Shown here in pieces: positions 30,738 through 41,754 of a DNA stretch of 62,594 nucleotides (its first letter is position 1; every line of letters begins with the position of its first letter). Below the pieces are notes generated by a model that worked only from the letters and a program-made list of their open reading frames with translations, made no database searches and was not told where the DNA came from. The stretch is taken from assembly GCA_038246475.1 (NCBI GenBank), contig JBBRVX010000003.1:1-62594 (forward strand). The letters run 5' to 3'. This DNA is from Thermomicrobiales bacterium (GTDB taxonomy: Bacteria; Chloroflexota; Chloroflexia; Thermomicrobiales; UBA6265). Made by a program: the position numbers and the translations under genes.

Positions 30738-31940
30738 TCAGACTGCGTTCGTATTGATGTTCGGCGGCGCGTCCGGCAGCAGGGGATTGTCAATGTCGAG
30801 GACGCCATGAGAACCCGGCACTACCGACTCCAGGGCGTAGTCGACATCGCTGGAAGGAAGGGGATGCCCATGCGCCCTGGCGACGCGGTCCTGGTCATCC
30901 TGCTTGCTAACTTCTTCCCAGAACCAGCAGGCGGCCCAGTGCCCGTCTCTGACTTCAAGCAATGGTGGGTTCTTTTGTTCGCACTTTTCGCGCGCGTAAT
31001 TGCAGCGAGGGACGAAGGGGCACATGTCCGGCAGATCAATGAGGTCTGGTGGAAGGCCCCGAATTGGCTCGAGTCTTTCCTTGCGGGTCGCGTCCAGCCG
31101 TGGAATCGACTTGAGGAGCCCCACCGTGTAAGGGTGGCGCGGATTCGCGAAGATCTCTTCTGTTGAGGCCGTCTCGACGATATGCCCGGCGTACATGACC
31201 TGAATACGGTCGGCCATGCCGGCGACCACTCCCATGGAGTGAGTGACGAGAATAACGCCCGTATCGCGCTCGGTCTGCAGAACGCGCATCAGATCCAGAA
31301 TCTGAGCCTGGATCGTGACGTCGAGCGCCGTGGTTGGCTCATCAGCAATCAGCAGCTTGGGATTGCAAGAGAGCGCCATGGCGATCATCACGCGTTGACG
31401 CATGCCGCCCGAAAACTGGTGCGGATATTGATCAACGCGTTCTTCAGCGTTCGGGATGCCGACCATGTGGAGGAGCTCGACGGTTCTTTGACGAGCCTGG
31501 CCCTTGTTCATGCCCATGTGCAGTTGTAGCGCTTCGCTGATCTGGCGATTGATCGTGAGCACTGGATTCAACGACGTCATCGGATCCTGGAAGATCATCG
31601 CGATGTCATTGCCGCGAATCGATCTGACCTGATCGTCGGACATGCGCAGAATGTCGTCGCCATTGAATAGGATTTCGCCAGCGACAATCTTCCCCGGCGG
31701 GCTGGGGATGAGGCGCATAATGGAGAGCCCGGTCATGCTTTTTCCGCAGCCGGACTCGCCCACGACACCGAGTGTTTCACCAGGCATGACATAGAACGAT
31801 ACATCGTCCACGGCTTTGACCGTGCCGTCCTGCGTCTGAAACTGCGTCTTCAGATTTCTGACTTCGAGGATCGGGCCAGTATGACCATTGCCGCCAATTT
31901 CGCCAGTGGCACGGCCCTTGGGCTTCCGCTTTGCGACCAT
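30738..31940 (-). CDS. oppD: Oligopeptide ABC transporter ATPase
   Basis: [26 protein letters not shown] and DEPTTALD; ATG at 31940 after GAGGAG. Confidence 0.9.
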   Translation of the reverse strand: MVAKRKPKGRATGEIGGNGHTGPILEVRNLKTQFQTQDGTVKAVDDVSFYVMPGETLGVVGESGCGKSMTGLSIMRLIPSPPGKIVAGEILFNGDDILRMSDDQVRSIRGNDIAMIFQDPMTSLNPVLTINRQISEALQLHMGMNKGQARQRTVELLHMVGIPNAEERVDQYPHQFSGGMRQRVMIAMALSCNPKLLIADEPTTALDVTIQAQILDLMRVLQTERDTGVILVTHSMGVVAGMADRIQVMYAGHIVETASTEEIFANPRHPYTVGLLKSIPRLDATRKERLEPIRGLPPDLIDLPDMCPFVPRCNYAREKCEQKNPPLLEVRDGHWAACWFWEEVSKQDDQDRVARAHGHPLPSSDVDYALESVVPGSHGVLDIDNPLLPDAPPNINTNAV

Positions 31941-32158
31941 GCTCGCTCCTCTCTCATCCGCCACGTTGGCGGCATCGCGTGTTACGCCAAAGGCTTCATC
32001 GTGCCAGAGACCGCATTATGCGGCATTCGATGCCGCCAAAGGCGACCGGTCGCGGAACGCGAGCCCCCAAATCTGTGCAATTCGTACCCGTGTTGGGGCC
32101 GGAGGATACCACACCAGGCGTTGATCCTCAATCATTCGATATCAACCCGCCTGACCGC

Positions 32159-32650
32159 TCATGGTCCAAGGCGCTTCACAAATCGAACGCGGTCTTCCCC
32201 TGGTCCATCATAGTTCGCAACGTAAGGGATGTCATTCGCCATCGCCGTTGCGGGCAGAAGTTCAAACCCGACATGCCGATGAAACGCAATTGAACTGGAG
32301 TTCGACGTCGATGTGATGGACAACACTTCGGTGCAACCCGCCGCCGCCGCGTCCGCAAAGAAGCGATCGTACAGAGCCGCTCCTACACCTAAACCTCGCG
32401 CCGCTGGTGACACACCGATGAAGTGACAGTAGGCCTGCCGGGCGTCAGTCTGCGAGCGAAATCCGGCGAGAAATCCGATGACGTCGCCATCCTTCTCGGC
32501 GACGAACGTCCAGGGCGCGAAGTGCTGGAAAAAGAGCCGGGGCAGCATGGCGGCCATGTTTCGGCCGCCCCACCACGCGTCGACGCCTCCGATGACGCGA
32601 TCATAGTCGTCGGCCGTGCCGCCGCGAATCACGATAATCTTGTCCATCAC
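32159..32650 (-). CDS. GNAT family N-acetyltransferase
   Basis: HFIGV.P.ARG.GVG..LY motif A; N..SIAFH...GF. Confidence 0.88.
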   Translation of the reverse strand: MMDKIIVIRGGTADDYDRVIGGVDAWWGGRNMAAMLPRLFFQHFAPWTFVAEKDGDVIGFLAGFRSQTDARQAYCHFIGVSPAARGLGVGAALYDRFFADAAAAGCTEVLSITSTSNSSSIAFHRHVGFELLPATAMANDIPYVANYDGPGEDRVRFVKRLGP

Positions 32651-33415
32651 CTATCGTTTGATGTTGCCGAGCATCTCACGGGACGCCCGCATGAGCAACG
32701 CGGGGGCGTTGGCAACCACCATGCGAAACCCCTGCTCGATACGTCGATTGGAGCCCTCGGCATCACCGGCCACAATCGCGGGGACGATGCCACGCGCTGA
32801 CACTTTATCCACGACCTGCTGGATCACGGCCTCAACGTCGGGATGCCCGGTCTGACCCCCAAAACCCATCGACTGACCGAGATCCGTTGGTCCAACGAAG
32901 AAGACATCAAGGCCCGGCGTGTCCAGCATCGCGTCAACATGGGGCAGGGCGTCGATATGCTCAAACTGCACGATGCTCAGCACGCGATCGTTGATCGCGG
33001 GAATGAGGTCGGACATCGGCGTATTGACGCCGTAATCGAACGTGCGTCCTCCGGCCAGCCCGCGCAGACCGTGCGGGGCATAGCGCATCGAGGCGATGGC
33101 CTCTCGCGCAAGATCAGCTGTATTCGTCTGCGGGATCATGACGCCGGAGACGCCGAGATCCAGATACTTCAGAATGACCTGTCGATCGTTTTCGCCCACG
33201 CGGACAAAGGCGGGGATGTCACGGGCCTCCGCGGCAAGGATCATGGGATAGGCATCGTCAGGAGAAATTCTGCCATGCTCGGCATCGAGGAGGGCAAAGT
33301 CGAAGCCCGCGAGGGCGACGATTTCCACGACATCCGGCGACGGCATGGGAATGAACACGCCAATGACCGTACCGCCAGCGCGGAGCTTTTCCTTCACCGG
33401 ATTACCGATCCTCAT
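32651..33415 (-). CDS. HpcH/HpaI aldolase family protein
   Basis: GFDF..LDAEHG, LD.G..GVMIP, QFE and FVGPTDL. Confidence 0.9.
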   Translation of the reverse strand: MRIGNPVKEKLRAGGTVIGVFIPMPSPDVVEIVALAGFDFALLDAEHGRISPDDAYPMILAAEARDIPAFVRVGENDRQVILKYLDLGVSGVMIPQTNTADLAREAIASMRYAPHGLRGLAGGRTFDYGVNTPMSDLIPAINDRVLSIVQFEHIDALPHVDAMLDTPGLDVFFVGPTDLGQSMGFGGQTGHPDVEAVIQQVVDKVSARGIVPAIVAGDAEGSNRRIEQGFRMVVANAPALLMRASREMLGNIKR

Positions 33416-33599
33416 CCGTCCCCCCCAGGTTCTCGCAATGGTCAATGGGTCTGCACGCGGGTCATTCTAACCAAGTCGACGGTTTCACGAGAGGCGTGGC
33501 CTCGCGAACGACAGATCGTCCCTCTGCAATAATCGCCCGGTGGACATGCGGGGAGACAATGCGGAGGGCCTGGTGAACCAGAAGCATGGCGGCGACGAG

Positions 33600-34694
33600 A
33601 TGCGCGACGACGCTCACGAGCGAGAGGCCGCGTTCTGGTTGGCTCTTTCCAGAGTCGCCCACATCGGCCCCGCGCGCATCGATCGCCTCCTGCTCCGGTA
33701 CGGTTCTTTGGAAGCGGCATGGTCGGCTCCCGGGGAAGACCTCCGTGTGGCGCTCGAGGCCAGACCTCTTGCGGAGTTTCTCGCGGCGAGGCTAACCGTC
33801 GATCCAGAATCAGAACTCCAGAAGCTCTCCAACCTTGGAATTCGCGCAACCTATCCTGGTCACCCGGCGTATCCGCGATTGTTGGCGGAAATCTCCGGAA
33901 GGCCGTCGATTCTTTTTGTACGGGGAGAACTCACGCCGGCCGACGACGAGGCCGTGGGCATCGTTGGCACGCGGAGAGCGTCGCCATATGGGCGTCAAGT
34001 TGCGGAGCGATTGGCATCGGATCTCGCGAAGGCCGGAGTCACCGTGATATCAGGGCTGGCACGTGGTGTCGATGCCGCCGCACACCGTGCCGCGGTCGCC
34101 GCCGGCGGGCGAACCCTCGCGGTGCTTGGGTCTGGCGTGGATGTCATCTATCCATCGGAACACGCCAAATTGGCAGAACAGATTCTCACGTCGGGAGCGA
34201 TTGTCTCGGAGCAACCTCCGGGAGCAAAACCCGATGCCCGGAACTTCCCGGCCCGGAACCGCATCATTTCGGGAATGTCGGTTGGTGTGGTGGTCGTTGA
34301 GGCGCCGATGAGGAGCGGAGCGCTGATCACGGCAACGTTTGCCGCCGATCAGGGGCGAGAGGTCTTTGTCGTCCCTGGCAGCGTGCTCTCCACCAGCAGC
34401 GAGGGATCAAACGCGCTGCTTCGCGACGGGGCCCGGATTGTCCGCGATGGCGCCGATGTTCTTGAGGACTTGAATCTGGGGTCGGGCGGAGGGCGGGAGG
34501 CCGTGCAGACGCAGCTGCAATTCACGGCAAACGAGTCCAGCCTCTACCAGGCCATCCATGGCGATCCCCGGCATATCGACGAGCTGGCGGAGGAGACGGG
34601 ACTGCCGTTGCGGGCCGTGAGCGAAGCGCTGCTGATCATGGAGCTCAAGGGCGCGATCCGGAATTTCGGGGCGCAATACTATGTAAGGAGGTGA
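33600..34694 (+). CDS. dprA: DNA-processing protein DprA
   Basis: IVGTR, SGLARGVD..AH, FPARNRIISG, SGALITA and C-terminal winged helix. Confidence 0.95.
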   Translation: MRDDAHEREAAFWLALSRVAHIGPARIDRLLLRYGSLEAAWSAPGEDLRVALEARPLAEFLAARLTVDPESELQKLSNLGIRATYPGHPAYPRLLAEISGRPSILFVRGELTPADDEAVGIVGTRRASPYGRQVAERLASDLAKAGVTVISGLARGVDAAAHRAAVAAGGRTLAVLGSGVDVIYPSEHAKLAEQILTSGAIVSEQPPGAKPDARNFPARNRIISGMSVGVVVVEAPMRSGALITATFAADQGREVFVVPGSVLSTSSEGSNALLRDGARIVRDGADVLEDLNLGSGGGREAVQTQLQFTANESSLYQAIHGDPRHIDELAEETGLPLRAVSEALLIMELKGAIRNFGAQYYVRR

Positions 34695-34882
34695 GCCAAC
34701 AGGCGGCAATACCGCGCTGCTGGACCTTCTATGGTATAGAACTGTAGATCAGGCGTTCTTGACATGGTTTGCAGACCCTGTCTAAGGTTCCGCCCCGTTC
34801 GCGGTTGCGCCCTTTGATCTTGAGGCCGTGTTGCGTTCCCGCTCTGACCTCACTCGAAATACCATGGAGACCAACGAGCACG

Positions 34883-37180
34883 ATGACTGAAGCACCATCG
34901 GCTGGTACACGGCGTGCGACGCCGGCATCGGCCAAAGGCAAGGGCGCCGCCAAGCCCACAATGAAGAAACCATCCCGGTCAAAGGCGACCGCGGCCAAGA
35001 GCACGCGACCTTCGTCTGGCCTTGGGCGGGGAAAATTGGTCATAGTCGAATCGCCGGCGAAAGCCAAGACGATTGGCAAATATCTGGGAAGTGGTTACAC
35101 GGTCAAGGCGTCCATGGGCCACGTTCGTGATCTCCCCAAGAGCACCCTGGGCGTGGACGTCGATGACAACTTCACGCCGACGTACTTGGTGCCGCGCGAC
35201 AAAGCGAAGCTGATCAAGGAGCTGAAAGCCAGCGTCCAGGGCGCCAGAGAAATCTATCTGGCGACGGACCCTGACCGAGAAGGGGAAGCTATCGCCTGGC
35301 ACCTTGTGCAAGCGACCGGAGCGGAAACCAAGCCGGTGCACCGGGTGGTCTTCTACGAAATCACACCAGAGGCCGTGCGAGAGGCAATGGCCTCGCCGCG
35401 CGCGATCGATCCGGATCTTGTGAACGCGCAGCAGGCCCGCCGCGTGCTGGACCGTCTGGTTGGCTACAAAGTCAGTCCCTTGCTTTGGAAGAAAGTCAAG
35501 CGGGGCCTTTCGGCAGGGCGGGTGCAGACCGCGGCATTGCGCATCATCGCGGAGCGGGAGCGCGAGATCCTGGCGTTCGAGCCGGTCGAGTATTGGTCGA
35601 TCGACGCGGAGCTGGCCAAGCAAACTGGCGCTGAGCCAACGAAGAAAGACATTCTGCGCGCCGCCTTGCAGCGGGTGCGTGGGAAGAAGGTCACGCTTGA
35701 CAACGTTGAGCAGACCAATGCAATTCTGGCTGGACTGGAAGGCGCGTCGTATCGCGTCGTCGATGTCAGCCGGAAGGAAAGCCTTCGCCGACCTCCCGCG
35801 CCGTTCACGACGAGCACACTGCAGCAAGAGGCTTCACGCAAGGCTGGTCTAGGCGTTCGGCGCACGATGCAGCTGGCGCAAGAGCTTTACGAGGGTGTCG
35901 ATATCGGTTCCCAGGGAACGCAGGGGTTGATCACCTACATGCGAACCGATTCGACGAATGTGGCGGCTTCGGCGCAAGCGGCGGCGCGCGAGGAGATCGC
36001 GCGCCGGTACGGAAACGAATTTGTCCCAGAGCGCCCGCCGGTGTACAGCCGGAAGACCAAGGGCGCCCAGGAGGCGCACGAGGCGATTCGTCCAACGTCG
36101 CCTCATCGCGATCCCGCGAGTGTAAAGCCCTTTCTATCGAGTCAGCAGTTCCGGCTCTATCAACTCATCTGGCAGCGCTTTATTGCATCGCAGATGCGGC
36201 CGGCGATTCTGGATCAGACCGGCGTCGACATCGCGGCAGGCGCCCGGCGGGAAATCGAGGCGGGTGGAGATCCGCCGTTTCTCTTCCGGGCGACCGGGTC
36301 GGTAATCAAGTTTCCGGGGTACATGGCCGTCTATCAGGCTGGCCGCGATGAAGGCGACGCCGAAGACGAGTTGGAAAAAGGCGCGCTGCCCGTGGTGGAG
36401 GTTGGAGAAAATCTCGACCTGTTGCAATTGATTCCGGAGCAGCACTTTACCCAGCCTCCTCCGCGCTTTACGGAAGCGTCGTTGGTGAAGGCGTTGGAAG
36501 AGCAGGGGATCGGGCGCCCAAGCACTTACGCGCCGACGGTGGCGACGCTTGCGGCACGAGGGTACGTGGCCTCCGAGCAGCGAAAACTGGCGGCGACGGA
36601 ATTGGGCTTGATCGTGAATGATCTTCTGGTTGAGCATTTTCCGCGCGTGTTTGACGTTGGCTTTACCTCACAGATGGAAGAAGAGCTCGATGAGATCGCG
36701 TCGGGCGAACGGTCCTGGATCCCGACGCTGCACGAGTTCTACGGACCGTTTGTGGAAACGCTGGCGCGCGCTGAGCAGACGATGGAACGGGTCCGGCTCA
36801 AGGATGAACCAGCCGGAGAAGATTGCGAGCGTTGCGGCAAACCGATGGTGATCAAGCTTGGAAAGTTCGGGAAATTCCTTGCTTGCAGCGGCTTCCCGGA
36901 TTGCCGGAACGCGCGGCCGCTGCTCACGCGAATCGGTGTGACGTGCCCGACATGTGGCGAAGGAGAAGTCGTGGAGCGCCGGTCGAAGAAGGGGCGAACG
37001 TTCTTTGGCTGTGAACGGTATCCCGCGTGCGACTTCGTTTCCTGGAACAAGCCAGTGGCGAGGCCCTGCGCAAGTTGCGGCAACGCCTATCTTGTCGAAT
37101 CCGGCCGACGAGGGCAGGACAAATGCCCGGTGTGCGGGACGCTGGTCGAGAGCGAAGTTGAGCTCGCCCGCGCTGGATAG
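34883..37180 (+). CDS. topA: DNA topoisomerase I
   Basis: IVESPAKA, DPDREGE, SAGRVQ, ITYMRTDS, EAHEAIRP, GIGRPSTY and three C-terminal zinc ribbons. Confidence 0.97.
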   Translation: MTEAPSAGTRRATPASAKGKGAAKPTMKKPSRSKATAAKSTRPSSGLGRGKLVIVESPAKAKTIGKYLGSGYTVKASMGHVRDLPKSTLGVDVDDNFTPTYLVPRDKAKLIKELKASVQGAREIYLATDPDREGEAIAWHLVQATGAETKPVHRVVFYEITPEAVREAMASPRAIDPDLVNAQQARRVLDRLVGYKVSPLLWKKVKRGLSAGRVQTAALRIIAEREREILAFEPVEYWSIDAELAKQTGAEPTKKDILRAALQRVRGKKVTLDNVEQTNAILAGLEGASYRVVDVSRKESLRRPPAPFTTSTLQQEASRKAGLGVRRTMQLAQELYEGVDIGSQGTQGLITYMRTDSTNVAASAQAAAREEIARRYGNEFVPERPPVYSRKTKGAQEAHEAIRPTSPHRDPASVKPFLSSQQFRLYQLIWQRFIASQMRPAILDQTGVDIAAGARREIEAGGDPPFLFRATGSVIKFPGYMAVYQAGRDEGDAEDELEKGALPVVEVGENLDLLQLIPEQHFTQPPPRFTEASLVKALEEQGIGRPSTYAPTVATLAARGYVASEQRKLAATELGLIVNDLLVEHFPRVFDVGFTSQMEEELDEIASGERSWIPTLHEFYGPFVETLARAEQTMERVRLKDEPAGEDCERCGKPMVIKLGKFGKFLACSGFPDCRNARPLLTRIGVTCPTCGEGEVVERRSKKGRTFFGCERYPACDFVSWNKPVARPCASCGNAYLVESGRRGQDKCPVCGTLVESEVELARAG

Positions 37181-37292
37181 CGCTGAATCTAACCAGCACG
37201 GCGGGCTCGGCTACAATCCGTAACCTCATGAGTTGTTGTCTCGCGTTCCAGCTACTCGCCGCGCGTCTCGCCCGATCAGGAAACAGATCATC

Positions 37293-37934
37293 ATGGCACG
37301 CTCTAATCGAAACGGCTCATCACGTTCATTTTCTGAATCCATTCACAGCACCACTATTCTGGGAGTTCGCCGTAATGGCGTTGTCGCGTTGGCGGGCGAT
37401 GGTCAGGTCACGATTGGCGATGTTGTTCTCAAGCATGGCGCCAAGAAAATCCGGATACTCGCTGATGGAGCGGTAGTGGCGGGATTCGCGGGGGCGGTGG
37501 CCGACGCCCTGACGTTGTTTTCCAAGTTCGAGACGCAGTTGAGATCAGGCGACGGAAACCTGCGCAAGGCGTCGGTGGAACTGGCCAAGGAATGGCGCAC
37601 CGATCGTTATCTGCGCCGGCTCGAGGCACAGCTTATCGTTGCGGACGGCGAATCGATCCTCGTGCTCTCCGGGGAAGGGGACGTGATTGAGCCGGATGAC
37701 GGCATCGCGGCGATTGGGTCTGGCGCTCCGTATGCCACGGCGGCGGCGAAGGCATTGATGGCGCACACGGAGCTCTCCGCACACGAACTGGTCGTCGCAG
37801 CCATGAACATCGCGGCGGATCTCTGTATTTTCACGAACAATCGCATAACCGTGGAGTCAGTGTCCGCGCCAATTAACGAACATGCCGCGGACGAAGCATG
37901 CGGAGCAGCGGACATCGCGGAAATCGAGGCATAA
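37293..37934 (+). CDS. hslV: ATP-dependent protease subunit HslV
   Basis: TTILGV, AGDGQVT, GFAG, WRTD..LRRLEA and IGSG; short propeptide before the catalytic Thr. Confidence 0.95.
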   Translation: MARSNRNGSSRSFSESIHSTTILGVRRNGVVALAGDGQVTIGDVVLKHGAKKIRILADGAVVAGFAGAVADALTLFSKFETQLRSGDGNLRKASVELAKEWRTDRYLRRLEAQLIVADGESILVLSGEGDVIEPDDGIAAIGSGAPYATAAAKALMAHTELSAHELVVAAMNIAADLCIFTNNRITVESVSAPINEHAADEACGAADIAEIEA

Positions 37935-37939
37935 CCGCG

Positions 37940-39412
37940 ATGGCAGAAACACAACCACGCGCAATCGCGGTGCATGGTCCAGCTCGCTCAGTTGGCGACT
38001 CGCCCGACGACGCATCGGTGATGGAAAACCTCACCCCTGCCGAGATTGTCGCGGAGCTCGACCGGTACATCATCGGCCAAGAGGACGCGAAACGGGCGGT
38101 CGCCGTGGCGCTTCGCAATCGGTATCGGCGCCAACTTCTGCCCGAGGAACTGCGGGGCGAGGTCGTGCCGAAGAATATCCTGATGATGGGTCCCACCGGA
38201 GTCGGGAAGACGGAAATCGCCCGCCGCGTGGCCAAGATCGTCGATGCGCCGTTCGTCAAAGTCGAAGCCACGCGGTTTACCGAAGTCGGATTTGTGGGCC
38301 GCGATGTCGAATCGATCGTGCGAGATCTGGTCGAAGTTTCCATTGACATGCTCTATACGCGCCGCCTGGAACAAGTGAAAGACGAGGCGGACGTCGCGGT
38401 TCGGCAGCGGCTCATCGATCTCCTCACGGACCAGGTTGTGAGCCAGGGCCGGGGACCAAACGGTTCCGCGGCGTCCGGGACGGTCGGATCATCACGGCGG
38501 GCCGCGGCGGCTGAAGAACGGCGACGGGAGCGCGAACACGATCGGCTGGCGGCGCTCCTCAACGAGGAAGCGCTTGAAGAAGAAACGATCGAGCTGGATA
38601 TCGATCCCCAGTATGCCGACAGTGGTCGTGATGATTTTGGCCCGCTTTCCCCCGATGAGCTGTACGGCTCGTTCCAGGATTTTTTGGAGGGCTATGCGCC
38701 TTCGCCGCGCCGCGCACGCCGTCGCGTTACCGTGCGCGAGGCGCGACGGATTCTGGCCCAACAGGAACAGGATCGGCTGATCGATTGGGACCGCGTGATC
38801 GAAACCGCGGTGCGCCGCGTTGAAGACGCCGGGGTCGTGTTCATCGACGAGATCGATAAGACGATCAATGCCGATGGGGAATATGCGGCCGAGGTGTCGG
38901 GGGAAGGCGTGCAGCGTGATCTTCTCCCGATCGTCGAAGGTTCAGTGGTGATGACTCGATATGGGCCAGTAAAAACCGACCATGTGCTTTTCATAGCCGC
39001 GGGATCGTTTCACAATACGCGCCCTGCCGATCTCATTCCCGAACTGCAAGGCCGCTTTCCGATCCGGGTTGAGCTCCAGAGCCTCAGCGAAGAGGATCTG
39101 TATGCCATTCTTACCGAACCACAGAACGCGCTCACGAAGCAGAGTGTCGCGATGCTCGCCACGGAAGGTGTCGAGTTGGTCTTCCAGGACGAGGCTCTGC
39201 GGGAGATGGCGCACCTGGCCACGGCTGTCAACGCGACGACGGAAGACATCGGCGCGCGTCGTTTGCATACGATCATTGAGCGCGTGATCGAGGACATTTC
39301 TTTCGAGGCTCCAGATCGCAAGGGCGAGCAGATCCAGATCGATGCCGCATTTGTGATCGACAGAATTGGGGATGTCGCCGCCGACGAGGATCTGAGCACC
39401 TACATCTTGTAG
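37940..39412 (+). CDS. hslU: ATP-dependent protease ATPase subunit HslU
   Basis: PKNILM.GPTGVGKTEIARR, IDEIDK, GVQRDLLP, GRFPIRV, GARRL and C-terminal DLSTYIL; start may be 38021. Confidence 0.95.
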   Translation: MAETQPRAIAVHGPARSVGDSPDDASVMENLTPAEIVAELDRYIIGQEDAKRAVAVALRNRYRRQLLPEELRGEVVPKNILMMGPTGVGKTEIARRVAKIVDAPFVKVEATRFTEVGFVGRDVESIVRDLVEVSIDMLYTRRLEQVKDEADVAVRQRLIDLLTDQVVSQGRGPNGSAASGTVGSSRRAAAAEERRREREHDRLAALLNEEALEEETIELDIDPQYADSGRDDFGPLSPDELYGSFQDFLEGYAPSPRRARRRVTVREARRILAQQEQDRLIDWDRVIETAVRRVEDAGVVFIDEIDKTINADGEYAAEVSGEGVQRDLLPIVEGSVVMTRYGPVKTDHVLFIAAGSFHNTRPADLIPELQGRFPIRVELQSLSEEDLYAILTEPQNALTKQSVAMLATEGVELVFQDEALREMAHLATAVNATTEDIGARRLHTIIERVIEDISFEAPDRKGEQIQIDAAFVIDRIGDVAADEDLSTYIL

Positions 39413-39478
39413 CGAATGCTGCCATCACCATCGTCAAGGATGCATTGGAAGAAGCGCCTGGCTCATCGCCGGTCGTCA

Positions 39479-39547
39479 TGAATCGGTTCAAATGGTTCAC
39501 GATATGAACCTCTCGTCTTGACATGCAATTTTGCGCGATGCTATGGT
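39479..39547 (+). promoter_or_regulatory. Promoter of oppBCA with upstream palindromic operator-like sites
   Basis: TTGACA (39518)-18 nt-TATGGT with extended TG; TGAATCGGTTCA (39479-39490) and GGTTCA-N5-TGAACC (39494-39510) just upstream. Confidence 0.55.
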
Positions 39548-39720
39548 CGGCCAATCCTAAAAAGTGCAGCGGGCGAGTCCTCACGGCGTGGGGCTCATTC
39601 TCGCTTTTGGATCGTTACTGGGCAGGCTGATCTTGTGCTTGATGGCATTCAGTACCGCGTTGCGGTCGAATCGCCTCGCGAGGATGGAGCGGAAACTCCC
39701 GCAAGGAGGCCGGACCAGGA

Positions 39721-40653
39721 ATGTTGAGATTTACTGTAGGCCGGTTGTTCTGGTTTGTGCCGACATTGTTAGCAATGGCGGCCGTCACGTTCTTCATCAT
39801 GCAGGCCACTCCCGGCAGCCCGTTCGATGTCAGTGACAAACAGCGCCCGGAGGATATCGCGCGTCTGGAAGCGCTCTACGGACTCGATAGGCCTCTGCCT
39901 GAACAATTTGGCAGATATATCTGGAACGCGCTGCATCTCGATTTTGGCATGTCGTATAATGCGCGGCCGCAAACGGTTAACGAAATCATTGGGCGCACGT
40001 TTCCCATATCACTTCATCTGGGCGTCATGGCCCTCCTCTTCGCAATCGTCATCGGCATGGTCCTCGGCGTTCTGGCGGCGGTCAATCAGAATGGCTGGAT
40101 CGATTACTTTTCCGTCACGCTGGCGATTCTCTTTTACAGCATGCCAAGCTTTGTGATGGGCTTTCTGCTCATTCTGATCTTTGCGGTGTGGCTTCCGGAT
40201 CGCGGCGTCGACCTCGGTTTCCGGGTAGGAGGGTGGGACCGCCCTATTGACTGGGTGCTGCCGACCATAGCTCTTGGGGCCGCGCCTTTGGCAACCCTCG
40301 CCCGCTATACCCGATCCAGCATGATCGAAGTCATCCGGTCCGATTTTGTTCGCACCGCGCGGGCGAAGGGGTTGAACGAGCAAGGCGTAGTGATCAAACA
40401 CGTCCTCAAGAATGCTTTGATCCCCGTGGTGACGCTCATTGGCCCAATCTTTGCTGCGGTCGGAACCGGATCATTCTTTGTCGAGCAAGTGTTCAATATT
40501 CCCGGCATGGGGAAGTTCTTCGTCACCAGCATGCAGGTCAAGGATCAAACCATGATCCTGGCCGTCGTGCTGCTGTATGGTGTTTTTCTGGCGGCAATGA
40601 ATCTCGCGGTCGATCTCATCTACGGCCTGATCGATCCGCGGATCCGCTACTAA
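39721..40653 (+). CDS. oppB: Oligopeptide ABC transporter permease
   Basis: PGSPF, DFG.S, RTARAKGL, KH.LKNA.IP and D..Y..IDPRI. Confidence 0.92.
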   Translation: MLRFTVGRLFWFVPTLLAMAAVTFFIMQATPGSPFDVSDKQRPEDIARLEALYGLDRPLPEQFGRYIWNALHLDFGMSYNARPQTVNEIIGRTFPISLHLGVMALLFAIVIGMVLGVLAAVNQNGWIDYFSVTLAILFYSMPSFVMGFLLILIFAVWLPDRGVDLGFRVGGWDRPIDWVLPTIALGAAPLATLARYTRSSMIEVIRSDFVRTARAKGLNEQGVVIKHVLKNALIPVVTLIGPIFAAVGTGSFFVEQVFNIPGMGKFFVTSMQVKDQTMILAVVLLYGVFLAAMNLAVDLIYGLIDPRIRY

Positions 40654-40719
40654 GTAGTCGCGCCCCGTCGGCACGGGGCAATGATCCGTCTGGCCCTACG
40701 GCCTATATGAGGTATCCGG

Positions 40720-41754
40720 ATGGCGCGATCCCACACGCAGAGCCAACCGATTGACCCCTTGAATCTGACGTTAAGAGACACGGACTCTACGTACCCAGCT
40801 CCTGGCTGGGAAGTGGAGGAAATGATCGATGAGTCGGCGGCGCCGGCGGAACGCCGGACCGCGACGACGCGATTGGGCGGCGAACTCACGGCCAAGTCGC
40901 AACGGAGTCTATGGAGCGACGCCTGGCGGCGGCTCATTCGCAACAAACTGGCATTGATCGGCCTCATCATCGTGGCCTCGTTTTCATTGATCGCGGTCTT
41001 TGCCTCCTTCATTGCACCCTACGGTCAAGCTGAAGTGGTTGATTTTCGACTCGCTCGCCAGGCTCCGTCATGGCAATGGCCGATGGGGCTGGACGCCAAT
41101 GGACGCGATATTTTCAGCCGGATGGTGTATGGAGCGCAGGTTTCGCTTGTCGTTGGTGTCCTGGCGCAGGCGATCGTGCTCTTGATCGGCGTCCCGCTGG
41201 GGGCCATCGCCGGATACTTCGGCGGCACAACCGACAACGTTCTTATGCGCATGGTCGATGTCATATACGCGATCCCGCAGCTCCTGATGGTTCTGCTGTT
41301 TGTCAACTGGTGGGGACCCGGGTTATTCAACATCTTTCTCGCGATTGGTCTTGTCGGCTGGGTCACCGAAGCGCGCCTGGTGCGGGGGCAGTTTCTCTCC
41401 TTGCGAGAGCAGGAGTACGTCGGCGCGGCTCAGGTTGCTGGCGGACGCGGGGGATACATCATTCGCAAACATATGTTGCCAAACAGCATGACCCCAATCA
41501 TTGTGGCGCTGACGTTTGGCATTCCGACGGCGATCTTCACCGAGGCGGCGTTGAGCTTTATCGGCGTCGGCATCCGGCCCCCGCAGGCCAGTTGGGGACA
41601 GATGGTTGCAGACGGCAGCAAACCTGGTTACATCGAAACAGATCCCCACATGTTGCTCTTTCCCGTGCTGGCGATCGGGTTGACGATGTTGGGATTCTCG
41701 TTCCTGGGCGATGGCCTTCGCGATGCGCTCGATCCCAAGGGGAACCGAGATTAG
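40720..41754 (+). CDS. oppC: Oligopeptide ABC transporter permease
   Basis: W.DAWRRL.RNK, G.D..GRD..SR, EAALSFIG and GDGLRDALDP; true start may be 40822. Confidence 0.9.
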   Translation: MARSHTQSQPIDPLNLTLRDTDSTYPAPGWEVEEMIDESAAPAERRTATTRLGGELTAKSQRSLWSDAWRRLIRNKLALIGLIIVASFSLIAVFASFIAPYGQAEVVDFRLARQAPSWQWPMGLDANGRDIFSRMVYGAQVSLVVGVLAQAIVLLIGVPLGAIAGYFGGTTDNVLMRMVDVIYAIPQLLMVLLFVNWWGPGLFNIFLAIGLVGWVTEARLVRGQFLSLREQEYVGAAQVAGGRGGYIIRKHMLPNSMTPIIVALTFGIPTAIFTEAALSFIGVGIRPPQASWGQMVADGSKPGYIETDPHMLLFPVLAIGLTMLGFSFLGDGLRDALDPKGNRD

